From assembly GCA_963701295.1 (NCBI GenBank), contig OY969585.1, positions 2,144,001 to 2,208,000 of the forward strand: a stretch of 64,000 bases of DNA, read 5' to 3'. Shown here piece by piece: positions 1 through 10,866 of the stretch. Positions within the stretch are counted from its first letter, which is position 1. Every line of letters begins with the position of its first letter. Below the pieces are notes generated by a model. That model searched no databases. It saw only the letters and a list, made by a program, of their open reading frames with translations, and had not been told where the DNA came from. Source of the stretch: Ignavibacteriota bacterium. GTDB lineage: Bacteria > Bacteroidota > Ignavibacteria > UBA10030. Position numbers and translations under genes: made by a program.

Positions 1-2
1 TT

Positions 3-797
3 ACAGCAAGTCATGAAGCGGAAACTGCATTCAGCAACGCTTCTGTGTATATCGAAAAATATATAGAAGAACCACGTCACGTTGAGATTCAAATCATGGC
101 CGATCAATATGGAACGGTAATCCATTTTGGCGAGCGCGATTGCAGTATTCAGCGGCGGCATCAAAAATTAGTAGAAGAATCGCCTTCACCGGCTCTCACA
201 TCGGAAATACGCGAGGCAATGGGCATTGCTGCTATAAAAGGTGCAAAAAGTGTAAAGTATCTCGGAGCAGGTACGGTAGAATTTTTGCTGGACAAAGACA
301 AAAGTTTTTATTTCATGGAAATGAATACGCGTATTCAAGTCGAGCATCCTGTTTCCGAAGAAGTAATGGGAGTTGATTTGTTGCAGATGCAAATTCGAGT
401 GGCAGCAGGAGAACGGCTTAAAAAAGTGCAAGCGAAGCCACAATGGCATGTTATTGAATGCCGGATTAATGCAGAAGACCCGGCAGCGGGCTTCCGCCCA
501 AGTCCCGGTAAGATTACGAGCATGCATTTCCCTGGAGGTTTTGGTGTACGCGTTGATACTCACGTCTATACCGGATACTTTATTCCGCCCTACTACGATT
601 CTCTTATTGCCAAGTTAATCGTTAAAAGTAAAACAAGGGAAGAAGCAATTACAAAAATGTATTACGCACTAGACGAGTTCGTTATTGAAGGAATCAAGAC
701 GACGATTCCATTCCACAAGAAGTTGATGTTGGATGAGAAATTCAGGAGCGGTAATTTCGATACGAAATTTATTGAATCATTTGTGTTTGAAGAGTAA
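3..797 (+). CDS. accC: Acetyl-CoA carboxylase biotin carboxylase subunit, 5' end outside window
   Basis: Motifs [43 protein letters not shown]; the frame is open back to the window edge. Confidence 0.95.
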   Translation, partial: TASHEAETAFSNASVYIEKYIEEPRHVEIQIMADQYGTVIHFGERDCSIQRRHQKLVEESPSPALTSEIREAMGIAAIKGAKSVKYLGAGTVEFLLDKDKSFYFMEMNTRIQVEHPVSEEVMGVDLLQMQIRVAAGERLKKVQAKPQWHVIECRINAEDPAAGFRPSPGKITSMHFPGGFGVRVDTHVYTGYFIPPYYDSLIAKLIVKSKTREEAITKMYYALDEFVIEGIKTTIPFHKKLMLDEKFRSGNFDTKFIESFVFEE

Positions 798-897
798 ATT
801 ATTGAACATGTGATAGTGAACGTAGTTGTCGAGCCTGATGTTCTTCGCTTGACGGCAGTTCTATACAAGAGTTCATATTTTATATCGTGAGGGTATC

Positions 898-1278
898 ATG
901 AATTTTCCTGATAATTTGAAATATACAACCGAGCATGAATGGATTCGTATTGAAGATCACTATGGCTGGATTGGTATTACCGATTATGCTCAAAGCGAGT
1001 TAGGGGATGTCGTGTTTGTCGAAATTCCGGCTGTTGGCACAAAGGTTGAGAAAGGCAAATCTTTCGGTACGATCGAAGCAGTGAAAGCAGTCTCCGATTT
1101 GTTTGCACCGGTTGCTGGTGAAATTACTGAAGTGAACGCAGAGGTGAAGGATCATCCTGAAATCGTGAATAAAGATCCGTACGGAAATGGTTGGATGGTG
1201 AAAATAGCCATCACCGATCTTGCCCAAGTGAGCGCTCTCCTCAATGTCCAAGCATACAGATCACTCATTGGGAAGTAA
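898..1278 (+). CDS. gcvH: Glycine cleavage system H protein
   Basis: HEW, GITDYAQSELGDVVFV, lipoyl-Lys motif EAVKAVSDL, DPYGNGW. Confidence 0.97.
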   Translation: MNFPDNLKYTTEHEWIRIEDHYGWIGITDYAQSELGDVVFVEIPAVGTKVEKGKSFGTIEAVKAVSDLFAPVAGEITEVNAEVKDHPEIVNKDPYGNGWMVKIAITDLAQVSALLNVQAYRSLIGK

Positions 1279-1355
1279 TCTGCGTATTGCATGGATCAAA
1301 TAGGTGCAAACGATACGGAAATGCACACGCGTCTGCCTTGAGATTGGCTGAAGGG

Positions 1356-4025
1356 ATGGATAAAGTTGTGTGGAATCGTGGCACATCAAATGGTCTGATT
1401 TTTGCATCGCCGGTGAGACGCAACATCTCATCGTCTGTGCTTTTATTCAGCAGTGTTCTTCTCCTGCTGCTTCTCGTAACGGCAGGTGGATATTCCTTTT
1501 TGGAGTTCCGTCGTACTATCCATCAATCTAACCAAGCACTTGCAGCAGGTGTTCAACGAGACAGTATCATCGTCTTGAGCAAAAATATTTTTTCCGAGAT
1601 GGTCTTGTTATTCGAAAAAGGCCACACAAACCCTACACAACGATATTTACTTCAAACAAGACTCGATAAGTATAATGCACGGTATTCATTCGCAAAAGCA
1701 AAATATCTGTCACTTGTGAAAAACTCCGAAGATACGGTTGTGAGCGAATTACTTCCGCTTGCCGAAAAATATTTTTTACAGACAGATGCACTCATTCAAC
1801 GAATTATAGCTGCCCCCTCTACTCCGCTCAAAAGAGAAAGGGATGCAATGTCTGATGAACTCTTATCAGTCCATACTACCTACAATGCAATCGCGAATGG
1901 TGTTTTCCAAGACCTCTGGCTGGACGAGCATCGACAAACGATAGAGAGAGAGGCGGGTAAGTCCAATCTCATACGAGTGTATTACGTACGTTTGTTTGTG
2001 TGGTCATTGGTACTTAACAGTTTTATTGTTGTCCTTGCACTGCTGTTGCTTTATCGGGATCGTAAAATATTTTCCGGTGTGAGTCGACTCCAGGCGTTGC
2101 TCGAGAGTTCCACGAATCCGGTACTGCTCACTGATAGCCTTGGTATTACGAAGTATGCAAACCCAGCATTTGTACTTTGGAGCGGGATGAAGCAATCGTT
2201 GCTTGTCGGGAGGAATTTATTTGATCTAATGAAAATCTCTCGTCGACAAGAACAAGCTGAAAATCTATGGATCTCTGCTAAACCGATTCTCACATCCGGC
2301 AAACCATGGACAACCGAAATAGAATTTACACATTTAGATGGGCAAACAACTGTCTCCAGTATGTTCCTTTCTCCGATTCTTAGTGTACGCGGAAAGTTGG
2401 TGGAATGTATTGCTCAGTACAAGGACCCGACAGAACGGAAAGAGTTGACACAAAGAATTGTTGAGACACAGCAGGAGTATCGCAGTATTGTTGAAAGCTC
2501 ACTTGATGGTATTATGATTATTCAAGACGGGAAATTGGTGTATGTCAATCCCTCGGCTGTTCACCTGTTCGGATATGGACAATCGGAAGACATGCAGAAG
2601 CTGAATCTTGCCGATACCATCGCTCCTCCTAATCGAGCGTCTCTTGAAATTATACAAGAAGGACGTTTGTTAGGAGATGAAGTGCTGAGGAATTATGAAA
2701 TACGCGGATTGACGAAACAGGGAAAAATGATTGATCTGGAGGCTAATGCACATATCATTAAGTGGAATGACCGTTTGGCTGTTCAGGCATCATTCCGAGA
2801 TATTACAAAAAGAAAAATGCTTGAACGCGAACAATCACTCTGGTTATGGGAACAAGAAACGCTGAGTAACATCGACCGAAAACTTGTTGGTATTATGGAT
2901 CTCGAAAAAATATTTGCCGCAATCCTCCAACAGACGTTGAATCTCACACGCGCTCATTTCGCGGGTGTGCTTCTGTTCGATGAACAACAGCCCTCTGTGC
3001 GATGGAAAGCAATTTGCGGGAATACGCTCCAGCATACGTTGAAATCGTTTAAACCTCATGAAGCATTTGATGCTATATTGAAAAATGAAAGACCAAATAT
3101 CATACACGATTCCAATGCGAACGAACTTTTTCCACTCTCTCAAATTCCGATTATTGGAGAGGAGAAGATTGTTTCGACTGCGTGGATGCCATTGATTGTA
3201 GAAGGAAGACACAAAGGAATGATTGTGGTTGGATATCGGCAGAACCATGATTTTGTCGGGCGCGAAATGCGATTGCTTCATTCGCTTGCTGAGAAGCACT
3301 CTATTGCAATGGTCAACGCTCAACTCTATGCAGATCTTCTCCAACGTGAGAAAGAACTAGAGATTCTTTCCGGCGCGCGAGTCCAAGCGCAGGAAGACGA
3401 GCGAAGGCGCATCGCCCGGGAAATTCACGATGGTCTTGGCCAGATGCTTACAGCGATCAAGTTCAATCTCGAGATTTTGGAAGATATGATTACCGTGGGA
3501 CAGGAAGGACAGGATCGTATTCATGATATGAAAGGATTGCTGGACGATGTGATGAAAGAGGCGCGAGAAATATCCCATAATCTTATGCCGAGTGTTTTAG
3601 ATGATTTTGGATTGATTCCTGCGCTTCAGCTTCTCAGCGAACAGTTTACGAACCGGACAGCTGTGAAAGTTCATTTTCACACAAGCGGAATTACTGAACG
3701 CCTTGATCCACAAATGGAAATTGGGCTTTACAGAATTGCACAAGAATCTCTTAATAATGTCGCAAAACATGCTGAGGCTACAGAAGTGAATCTTCAGTTT
3801 ATTCGTTATCCCGAAGGTATTCGGTTGGTTATTGAGGATAACGGGAAGGGGATTACTGAAAAACCTGATATTGTTCGTGCGACCGGCAAAGGCGGTATGG
3901 GATTAGTAAGCATGCGTGAGCGTGCGGCATCTTTTGGAGGTATATTAACGATTGATTCAACGCCAAAAAATGGTACATTTATTACAGTAGAGATTCCATT
4001 AACAAAAGTTGTGATCCATGAATAA
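1356..4025 (+). CDS. Membrane sensor histidine kinase (2 TM, PAS-PAS-GAF, HisKA_3/HATPase; NarX/UhpB class)
   Basis: ERRRIAREIHDGLGQ H-box, YRIAQESLNNVAKHA, EDNGKG, GMGLVSMRER; start moved to ATG 1356 to avoid overlap with gcvH (start uncertain). Confidence 0.9.
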   Translation: MDKVVWNRGTSNGLIFASPVRRNISSSVLLFSSVLLLLLLVTAGGYSFLEFRRTIHQSNQALAAGVQRDSIIVLSKNIFSEMVLLFEKGHTNPTQRYLLQTRLDKYNARYSFAKAKYLSLVKNSEDTVVSELLPLAEKYFLQTDALIQRIIAAPSTPLKRERDAMSDELLSVHTTYNAIANGVFQDLWLDEHRQTIEREAGKSNLIRVYYVRLFVWSLVLNSFIVVLALLLLYRDRKIFSGVSRLQALLESSTNPVLLTDSLGITKYANPAFVLWSGMKQSLLVGRNLFDLMKISRRQEQAENLWISAKPILTSGKPWTTEIEFTHLDGQTTVSSMFLSPILSVRGKLVECIAQYKDPTERKELTQRIVETQQEYRSIVESSLDGIMIIQDGKLVYVNPSAVHLFGYGQSEDMQKLNLADTIAPPNRASLEIIQEGRLLGDEVLRNYEIRGLTKQGKMIDLEANAHIIKWNDRLAVQASFRDITKRKMLEREQSLWLWEQETLSNIDRKLVGIMDLEKIFAAILQQTLNLTRAHFAGVLLFDEQQPSVRWKAICGNTLQHTLKSFKPHEAFDAILKNERPNIIHDSNANELFPLSQIPIIGEEKIVSTAWMPLIVEGRHKGMIVVGYRQNHDFVGREMRLLHSLAEKHSIAMVNAQLYADLLQREKELEILSGARVQAQEDERRRIAREIHDGLGQMLTAIKFNLEILEDMITVGQEGQDRIHDMKGLLDDVMKEAREISHNLMPSVLDDFGLIPALQLLSEQFTNRTAVKVHFHTSGITERLDPQMEIGLYRIAQESLNNVAKHAEATEVNLQFIRYPEGIRLVIEDNGKGITEKPDIVRATGKGGMGLVSMRERAASFGGILTIDSTPKNGTFITVEIPLTKVVIHE

Positions 4026-4689
4026 AATTAGAATTCTTCTCGCGGATGATCATCCAATGGTTCGAAGCGGCCTTATTAAATTGCTGGAACCCTTTAAAGA
4101 ATTCATCATCATCGGTGAGGCGAGCGATGGAGAAGAAGCTGTTGCGATGACGAAAAAATTAGAGCCTGATGTCGTCATTATCGATCTATCAATGCCAAAA
4201 CTCTCCGGAGTTGAAGCAACGAAAATCATCCGAAAAAACTTTCCCTCCGCGAAAGTCCTTGTGTTAACTATGTATGACAACGAGGAATATGTGTATCAAA
4301 TTTTGAAATCCGGCGCCGGCGGATACATGCTGAAGAATAGTGGTAGAGACGAGCTTGCGGCTGCTATTCGTGCAGTGGCGCGAGGTGACCGCTTCTTTAG
4401 TCCGCGAGTTTCTGAGATTGTGATGGAAGCATATCTCCGAAAGTCAGAAGGGCGGGACAATCTTCCAATGACTGACGATGATCTTCCATTGACGAAACGG
4501 GAAAGAGAAATTCTTTACTATATCGCTGATGGATTCAATAACTCGCAAATTGGAGAAAAACTTTTTATCAGTGCGAGGACTGTCGAAACACATCGAACAA
4601 ATATCATGCAAAAACTCGACATTCACGATGCCGCCAATTTAGTACGGTTTGCATTGAGCAAGAAGCAGAAGCCGCCTTCCGATTTATAA
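4018..4689 (+). CDS. NarL/LuxR-family response regulator
   Basis: Receiver ADDH...DLSMP and LTKREREIL...ISARTVETHR HTH; overlaps the kinase stop. Confidence 0.95.
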   Translation: MNKIRILLADDHPMVRSGLIKLLEPFKEFIIIGEASDGEEAVAMTKKLEPDVVIIDLSMPKLSGVEATKIIRKNFPSAKVLVLTMYDNEEYVYQILKSGAGGYMLKNSGRDELAAAIRAVARGDRFFSPRVSEIVMEAYLRKSEGRDNLPMTDDDLPLTKREREILYYIADGFNNSQIGEKLFISARTVETHRTNIMQKLDIHDAANLVRFALSKKQKPPSDL

Positions 4690-4778
4690 AGAGGTAGGAT
4701 GAGATTCGCTTCATGTGCTGGGTATTGACATTTCTTCTTCAAATCCTTGTTTTTTCCAAATAAATCAGACCTTTCCTA

Positions 4779-4808
4779 TCTACGGTAATCTACGTAGACC
4801 TCTACGGT
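4779..4808. promoter_or_regulatory. Tandem TCTACG(G/T) boxes, candidate response-regulator site
   Basis: TCTACGGT 4779, TCTACGTAGA (palindrome) 4789, TCTACGGT 4801, upstream of the receiver gene. Confidence 0.4.
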
Positions 4809-4937
4809 TCTTCCTGTATTCTTCAAATTACGGTGATCAGACGATTTGTCTTAATCACAGCCATACTATATTATACCCAGTCAATATGATAATATTTAGA
4901 AAATAAATAAAAATACTCATCCACCAAAGGGAAAAAA

Positions 4938-5324
4938 ATGAATAGAATTAAGGTTCTCATAGCTGATGATCATCGAGACTTTCGAAGAGTTGTCCATGAG
5001 TTTCTTGATCGGATGCCGAATGTGTCTGTCGTCGGAGAAGCAATAAATGGCGGGGAGGCAGTGGAGAAGGTCGAGCAGCTCTTTCCTGATTTTGTATTGA
5101 TGGACATTGCAATGCCGCAGATGAATGGTCTCGAGGCGACACGGATCATCAAACAACGATGGCCGGAAACAAAGGTTCTCATTGCGACAACATACGATGA
5201 TCCGACCTATCGTTTGCAAGCACTTGAAGCCCGAGCGGATGGATATATTCTAAAGGGATCATTAAAGCCCTCACTCGAAGCGACATTTGGCGTTCATCGA
5301 TTAGAGACACCAGCGCAAGAATGA
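4938..5324 (+). CDS. Stand-alone receiver-domain response regulator
   Basis: IADDH, MDIAMP, GADG-like ARADGYILK; no output domain. Confidence 0.9.
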   Translation: MNRIKVLIADDHRDFRRVVHEFLDRMPNVSVVGEAINGGEAVEKVEQLFPDFVLMDIAMPQMNGLEATRIIKQRWPETKVLIATTYDDPTYRLQALEARADGYILKGSLKPSLEATFGVHRLETPAQE

Positions 5325-5375
5325 TATAAAAAAATAGGTCTTACGTAACATTAAAATAATCTGGAAAACTATTTA

Positions 5376-5825
5376 ATGTATACACTCAAAGTTCTTTCGG
5401 CTGATGATCATGAAAGTTTTCACCGGATAATTTCAACGTTCCTCAAAGGCACGTTCTCCTTTGATGCTACTTCACCAGTTACATATGGAACTTCAACAAC
5501 TATCATACCATATACATTCAATAATAATTCTATGACTGTGACTCCAATCGTAGTTACAAACTTGAATTCTTTTATAATAAATTCACAGCCTTCAGTTAAT
5601 CCAACGGGCACCTTGGCAGGTAATTCCGTGAATCGTAAATATACATTGAGTTTTAATGATACCGGATTTATTGCTGAAGCGCAACTTGCATATTTAGCAG
5701 CAGAACTTACCGGAACGGTAGCAAAATTGAAGAATTTCCAGGATGGAATCTCAAAAACTAACAAACTGGGTGGAACGTACATCCGCAATAATAATGTAAA
5801 TGGATTTGACTATCAACAGCATTAA
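5376..5825 (+). pseudogene. Chimeric ORF: receiver-domain start fused to a Thr/Asn-rich surface-protein-like fragment
   Basis: First ~24 aa (LKVLSADDHESFHRII) mirror the upstream receiver (IKVLIADDHRDFRRVV); the rest is unrelated. Confidence 0.45.
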
Positions 5826-6489
5826 ACACGAGGTGGTTATCGTGAAAAATGAAGGAAACATATTCATATTACAGTGCGAACCGAGAAGTTGTGCCCCTCG
5901 CGAAGATCATCATACTCGATTGGTTGAGTATGATGATCGGATGCGGCAAGAGGAGAAGAAGTACTCCCGGCTCTTGATGGAATTGAACAAATCCCATTGG
6001 CTTGATCAGTCCAGTCCTCATAAAAACGATAAACTCTATGGTTTCCCAAAGTATGATGTTGCTCAAACCATAGACGAAGGTCAATCAGATGAGCTGGAAG
6101 TGACAAGGTTGACGGGTGATGAAATTCTTTTTGGTAGTGGTCTCACGATGGAACAGGCACTTCTCAAGAAAAAGAAACCATCAGCGTTGCATGTTGATGA
6201 GCGTTTAAACAGAACCAGCACGCAACATGCGATAGTGTTCCAGTCCACTCTATCACCGCAAGAGAGAAATGATACCCGCTCCGCAAGGATAAAAATGATG
6301 CAGGCAGTATGTTGTAATACACTTGAATTTCATAGAAGAGAATCTTTTCCATGGGAATCTGTAATGGTAGAATCTTTTGGACTTGTTTTACAGCGTTGGC
6401 GAGGAGTTTGCTCTTTCTCTTTATCTGCGGCCTGTAGCCGGAATAAAGACAATATTGATGTAACATATCATCTGTCTTCCGAAAAATAA
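5800..6489 (+). CDS. Hypothetical protein (doubtful)
   Basis: 229-aa ORF with no recognisable motif. Confidence 0.3.
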   Translation: MDLTINSIKHEVVIVKNEGNIFILQCEPRSCAPREDHHTRLVEYDDRMRQEEKKYSRLLMELNKSHWLDQSSPHKNDKLYGFPKYDVAQTIDEGQSDELEVTRLTGDEILFGSGLTMEQALLKKKKPSALHVDERLNRTSTQHAIVFQSTLSPQERNDTRSARIKMMQAVCCNTLEFHRRESFPWESVMVESFGLVLQRWRGVCSFSLSAACSRNKDNIDVTYHLSSEK

Positions 6490-6797
6490 TATCAAACTGG
6501 AGAATTGCTCATGCTCAGATTATACTCAAATATATGGAAAGAAATAATGGACTGAACGCACATTATCCGGACAATGACCATGCCCGTGCTGTCAAGTCTC
6601 GTTTGAATGTATTGGAGCAGAACCTCCACCGCCGAAAAATACAAAACATAAAAAACCAACCACATAATATTCGATTCAATATAGAGTAAGGCTGGGGAAG
6701 AAAAAGGATGTCTCCCACAGCCTTTGTCTTTGCATTTCATCTCTCTTCTTTCTACTTTCAAACAGCAAGTTAAACTTTAATTGAAAGCTGGTACTCA

Positions 6798-8195
6798 ATG
6801 ATTATTCAATTCCTCGGAGCAGCTCGAACTGTCACTGGCTCCATGCATCTCATTTCTGTAAATGGAACGAGAATATTACTCGACTGTGGCATGTTTCAGG
6901 GGAAACGATCGGAAGCATATGAACGCAATCGAAAGTTCCCATTCAATTCTGCCGATATTGATGCGGTTATGCTTTCGCATGCGCATATCGATCATGCAGG
7001 GAATCTTCCGAATCTTGTGAAGAATGGATTCCGCGGCCCTATTTATGCCACCGGGGCAACACGCGACCTATGCAATATTATGTTGTACGACAGTGCGTAC
7101 ATTCAAGAACGTGATATCGAGTTTGTAAATAAGAGACATCAGAAAAAAAATGAACCGCTTATTCAGCCGCTGTATAGTGTTATGGATGTCACGACTGCAA
7201 TGTCGCAGTTCATCAGCATTAATTACGAACAGCCGATACAGATAGCCAAAGGTGTTAGGGCGACATATCTCGATGCCGGACACATTCTTGGTTCTGCAGT
7301 AACGGTGCTTGAAGTGGAAGAGAACGGCAAGCAGAAAAAGATTGGTTTCACTGGTGATTTGGGGAGAAAGAATGCACCTATCATTAAAGATCCGCAACCA
7401 ATTGGCAGCGTCGATGTGCTGATTTCCGAAAGCACATACGGGGGAAAACTGCATGATCCGATAATCGGAATGAAGGATTCACTCTGTCAAGTTATTAAAC
7501 GAACGTCTGACCGCGGCGGAAAGGTGATCATACCTTCGTTCAGTGTCGGCAGAACACAGGAGATTGTCTATCTTTTATCTGAACTTTTTGATGAGGGCAG
7601 ATTGCCGGTTATTCCGATCTACGTTGATAGTCCGCTCGCAGTGAATGCAAGCGACATCTTTCGGTTGCACACCGAGTGCTTCGATGAGGAGATGCTGACT
7701 CACTTGCATGTGAACGAAGATCCGTTCGGCTTCAATCGGCTTATATACGTACGATCGGTAGACGAATCGAAGAAATTGAATTCACTCCAATCGTCGTGTG
7801 TGATTATTTCGGCATCCGGAATGTGCGAAGGTGGAAGAATTGTCCATCATCTTGCCAATAACATAGAAAATCCAAAGAATACGATCCTTATCGTCGGGTA
7901 TATGGCAGAACACACGCTCGGACGGCGGATAGTAGAAAAACAATCGGAAATAAGTATTTTTGGTGAAGTGCATAAGTTGAATGCAGAAGTGGTAGTACTT
8001 AACTCTTTTTCGGCGCACGCGGATCAAGATGAACTAGTGGAATACATTCAAGCAGCTGATCAAAAGCAGTTGAAAAAAATATTCCTCGTCCATGGTGAAA
8101 TTACTCAAATAGAAAAATTATCTTCTAAACTGAAAGAAGTTGGTGTGAAGAAAGATATCGACATTCCGGTAACAGGAGAAAGAGCCGAGGTGTGA
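6798..8195 (+). CDS. Metallo-beta-lactamase/beta-CASP family nuclease
   Basis: SHAHIDH, DAGHILGS, FTGDLG, ESTYG, SASGMCEGGR, FSAHAD, LVHGE. Confidence 0.95.
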   Translation: MIIQFLGAARTVTGSMHLISVNGTRILLDCGMFQGKRSEAYERNRKFPFNSADIDAVMLSHAHIDHAGNLPNLVKNGFRGPIYATGATRDLCNIMLYDSAYIQERDIEFVNKRHQKKNEPLIQPLYSVMDVTTAMSQFISINYEQPIQIAKGVRATYLDAGHILGSAVTVLEVEENGKQKKIGFTGDLGRKNAPIIKDPQPIGSVDVLISESTYGGKLHDPIIGMKDSLCQVIKRTSDRGGKVIIPSFSVGRTQEIVYLLSELFDEGRLPVIPIYVDSPLAVNASDIFRLHTECFDEEMLTHLHVNEDPFGFNRLIYVRSVDESKKLNSLQSSCVIISASGMCEGGRIVHHLANNIENPKNTILIVGYMAEHTLGRRIVEKQSEISIFGEVHKLNAEVVVLNSFSAHADQDELVEYIQAADQKQLKKIFLVHGEITQIEKLSSKLKEVGVKKDIDIPVTGERAEV

Positions 8196-8377
8196 ACGTG
8201 AAAGTTTTGTTAGACGACGCCGGTGATTCGACGCGGTGGCTTTTTTGTATGACGATCTCAATAAAGCTTTTGCATAATCCTGCATATGGTTCACATGCCG
8301 GCTCGGTTCCAGCGGCACCGCACTTCTCCTGTGGGGAATTCCATCAAATGTCTTGTGAACAACTATGGATCTGACGA

Positions 8378-10303
8378 GTGGTGTCTGCGGTTAAAAATTC
8401 ACAAACACTCCTTTGTTTATTATTCGTTGGATGCGAATGGTTGTTTTTCTGTAAGACGATGAATGCTCAGGAAATTATTCATCCTTCTCCTTTGCCATTT
8501 ACGGATAGTCTTCAACTATCATCACTCGGTTTTACTCGTCTGTTGAACACCTATGTGTGGAGTGGAGATTTCCAAAAAGAAATGCATGATCAGATTTGGA
8601 ACGTTGAAGTTCATCAGCACATTCGATCTCGTCTTGTTAAGTCTGACGAAAATGCAATTCAGGACGAGTATCAAGGATTTATTTCTTTAAATGCTCGGCT
8701 TTCGGAAGAGTGGAATCTTCAACTGAAAAATATGTCCAATGTTCTTGCGGATAATCGTGTTATCGATCTTGGTCGGATGGCACAACATCAAGTGCTCGCC
8801 GGTTTTGAGTACCTTCCTATAGGAAGTGTGAAAGGTGAAGTCTCTGGAGGATATGAGTTGAATTCTCAGGAGGAAGAAAGTGATCACGGGTTTGCCTATG
8901 CGCTGGGTTTTGATGCTCACCGAGTAAAGCTCGACGAATTTGATGCTTCGCTTCAATCGTCATGGAATCAGTCTCTTCTCGGCCGTCGTAATCCCCGAAC
9001 AGGAGATGCCAAGCTCATTCTCCTGCGCGACTTCGGTGGTGGTGTTGGCGATTCGCTTGCAATAAATTATAGTACACAAAGAAGTGAATATTATACAGGA
9101 CTTTCTTCGTCTTATCAAAATTCATTAGGTGTACAACATAATATATTTCACCGTGATGCAAATGTGTTTGAAATTATGAACCAAACAAAGTATGCTCTAG
9201 ATCGGAGCTTCTCCCTGAATACTTCATTCGGATTATCGAACCGGTTCATTGATCGAGGCTATAAATTCAAGGATAATCTGAATCCTACATCGCTGACTGA
9301 TTCGCGTATCCAAGAGATGCAATTCTTCGGTACGGTTTCGTTGTTATGGTCACCGTTCGATTGGCTTGGTGCGGATATCAGACTTTTATATACAGAGAGA
9401 GACGAGCGATATTCAGTGCCGGATGCTCCAGTACCCAACATTGAACAGCTACGCGCTCAAGCGAACAAATTAGAGAATACGGCGCAGCGCACAATGCTTA
9501 CGACGGCTCTCAATGCCAACGTGACCCAAAATGATAGCATCCGCTTGGTGTCCTCGATCAGTATTCTTCGATATGATACACCGGACCCTTCGAACACTGA
9601 TGATCGCGACGAATTGCTTATAACGTCTGGTATAGATATCCTCCATCGTTTTTCATCTCACGTGTTGTTGACACTGACTGCAGACCTCACACTCTTCCAT
9701 TTGGTATATCTTTTTCAGGAACAAAGCGCCAACAACAACTGGAACCGTGTTCTCCGATTATCACCGAGTGTCGAATATATGCCGTCTTCATGGTTTCGAA
9801 CAGTTATGCGAGCCGAGGTGCTGGCAAACTATACAATTAGCGACTATGAACTACAAAGTTCATCGATACAAAGCTTCTCATACAGGCAGGCAATGTGGTC
9901 AGATTCTACTGTTCTGCAGCTGAGCGAAAGAATTGAGTGTCACTTTTCGGGAAGCTTGCGTATCTTTGAACGAGGAACACTCATGTGGAATGAGTTTAAG
10001 GAAAAGCCGGAAGATTATTTTATAGAAAAAACTTTGTGGCCGGAATTTATTTGGTCGTCTGCTATGGGATTGAAAGTAGGATTCGGATTTCGTTATTTTG
10101 GCCAAGATAGTTACAAGTATCAAAATAATCAGCGAATCTTTACTCAAGGAATTGAATCCTTGGGACCCACTGTTTTCGTTGAGTGGTCAGGATCGAGGAC
10201 AGAGAAGATCACTTTGAGTGGATGGAGAGAAGAACAAAAAAATAATGGTACGACAAACGCAACGATTTCAAATCTTTCGATACAAGTAGGGTTCATTCTA
10301 TAA
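8378..10303 (+). CDS. Putative outer-membrane beta-barrel protein
   Basis: N-terminal signal-like segment, alternating beta-strand pattern, C-terminal IQVGFIL; start uncertain. Confidence 0.65.
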   Translation: MVSAVKNSQTLLCLLFVGCEWLFFCKTMNAQEIIHPSPLPFTDSLQLSSLGFTRLLNTYVWSGDFQKEMHDQIWNVEVHQHIRSRLVKSDENAIQDEYQGFISLNARLSEEWNLQLKNMSNVLADNRVIDLGRMAQHQVLAGFEYLPIGSVKGEVSGGYELNSQEEESDHGFAYALGFDAHRVKLDEFDASLQSSWNQSLLGRRNPRTGDAKLILLRDFGGGVGDSLAINYSTQRSEYYTGLSSSYQNSLGVQHNIFHRDANVFEIMNQTKYALDRSFSLNTSFGLSNRFIDRGYKFKDNLNPTSLTDSRIQEMQFFGTVSLLWSPFDWLGADIRLLYTERDERYSVPDAPVPNIEQLRAQANKLENTAQRTMLTTALNANVTQNDSIRLVSSISILRYDTPDPSNTDDRDELLITSGIDILHRFSSHVLLTLTADLTLFHLVYLFQEQSANNNWNRVLRLSPSVEYMPSSWFRTVMRAEVLANYTISDYELQSSSIQSFSYRQAMWSDSTVLQLSERIECHFSGSLRIFERGTLMWNEFKEKPEDYFIEKTLWPEFIWSSAMGLKVGFGFRYFGQDSYKYQNNQRIFTQGIESLGPTVFVEWSGSRTEKITLSGWREEQKNNGTTNATISNLSIQVGFIL

Positions 10304-10316
10304 TTGAGGAGATAGA

Positions 10317-10775
10317 ATGAAATCATACACGAAGCCAAAGAAAAGAAAAAAAGTATATCGCAAGATTGTTTTTGAAATGGTCTGCCACAGCAATCCAAAA
10401 GAAATTGGATGTATCGAAAAGTTTTTGTTGCAGGTCAATAAAAAACTTAATATGGACGATGGAACAATGTACCGTTTGTTGGTATCCTGTACTGAAGCAG
10501 TGAATAATGCAATGATCCATGGGAATAGGTCCGATCCCAATAAAACTGTTACTATCCGATGTATTGCTGAAAAACAGTTTCTCACTATCCGTGTGAAAGA
10601 TGAAGGTAAGGGGTTTGATCCGGAAAGTTTGCAAGATCCTCGCGAGGAGAAGAATTTGATGAAAGAGAGCGGGCGCGGCGTGTTTTTAATACGTTCGTTG
10701 ATGGATTCGATTACCGTTAAACGTCTTAAGTCTGGGTCGGTCGTAGAAATGAAGGTAAAGCTCCACAAACAGTAA
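10317..10775 (+). CDS. RsbW-like anti-sigma factor/Ser kinase (HATPase_c_2)
   Basis: TEAVNNAMIHGN, DEGKGFDP, SGRGVFLIRSLMD. Confidence 0.9.
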   Translation: MKSYTKPKKRKKVYRKIVFEMVCHSNPKEIGCIEKFLLQVNKKLNMDDGTMYRLLVSCTEAVNNAMIHGNRSDPNKTVTIRCIAEKQFLTIRVKDEGKGFDPESLQDPREEKNLMKESGRGVFLIRSLMDSITVKRLKSGSVVEMKVKLHKQ

Positions 10776-10803
10776 TGAAATTGATCTAGTATGTTGGAAA
10801 AGA

Positions 10804-10835
10804 AAAACACCCGTCTCTTGCGAGACGGGTGTTTT
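10804..10835. terminator. Bidirectional intrinsic terminator
   Basis: AAAACACCCGTCTC-TTGC-GAGACGGGTGTTTT between convergent genes. Confidence 0.9.
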
Positions 10836-10866
10836 ATGTACATAAAGATTGTCCGGATAAAATACG

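Noticed and set aside
1191-1355. N-terminal extension of the histidine kinase
   Set aside because: Overlaps gcvH and looks non-protein-like; a later start is more plausible
8192-8374. 60-aa ORF between beta-CASP and the outer-membrane gene
   Set aside because: No motif or convincing composition; cannot be supported
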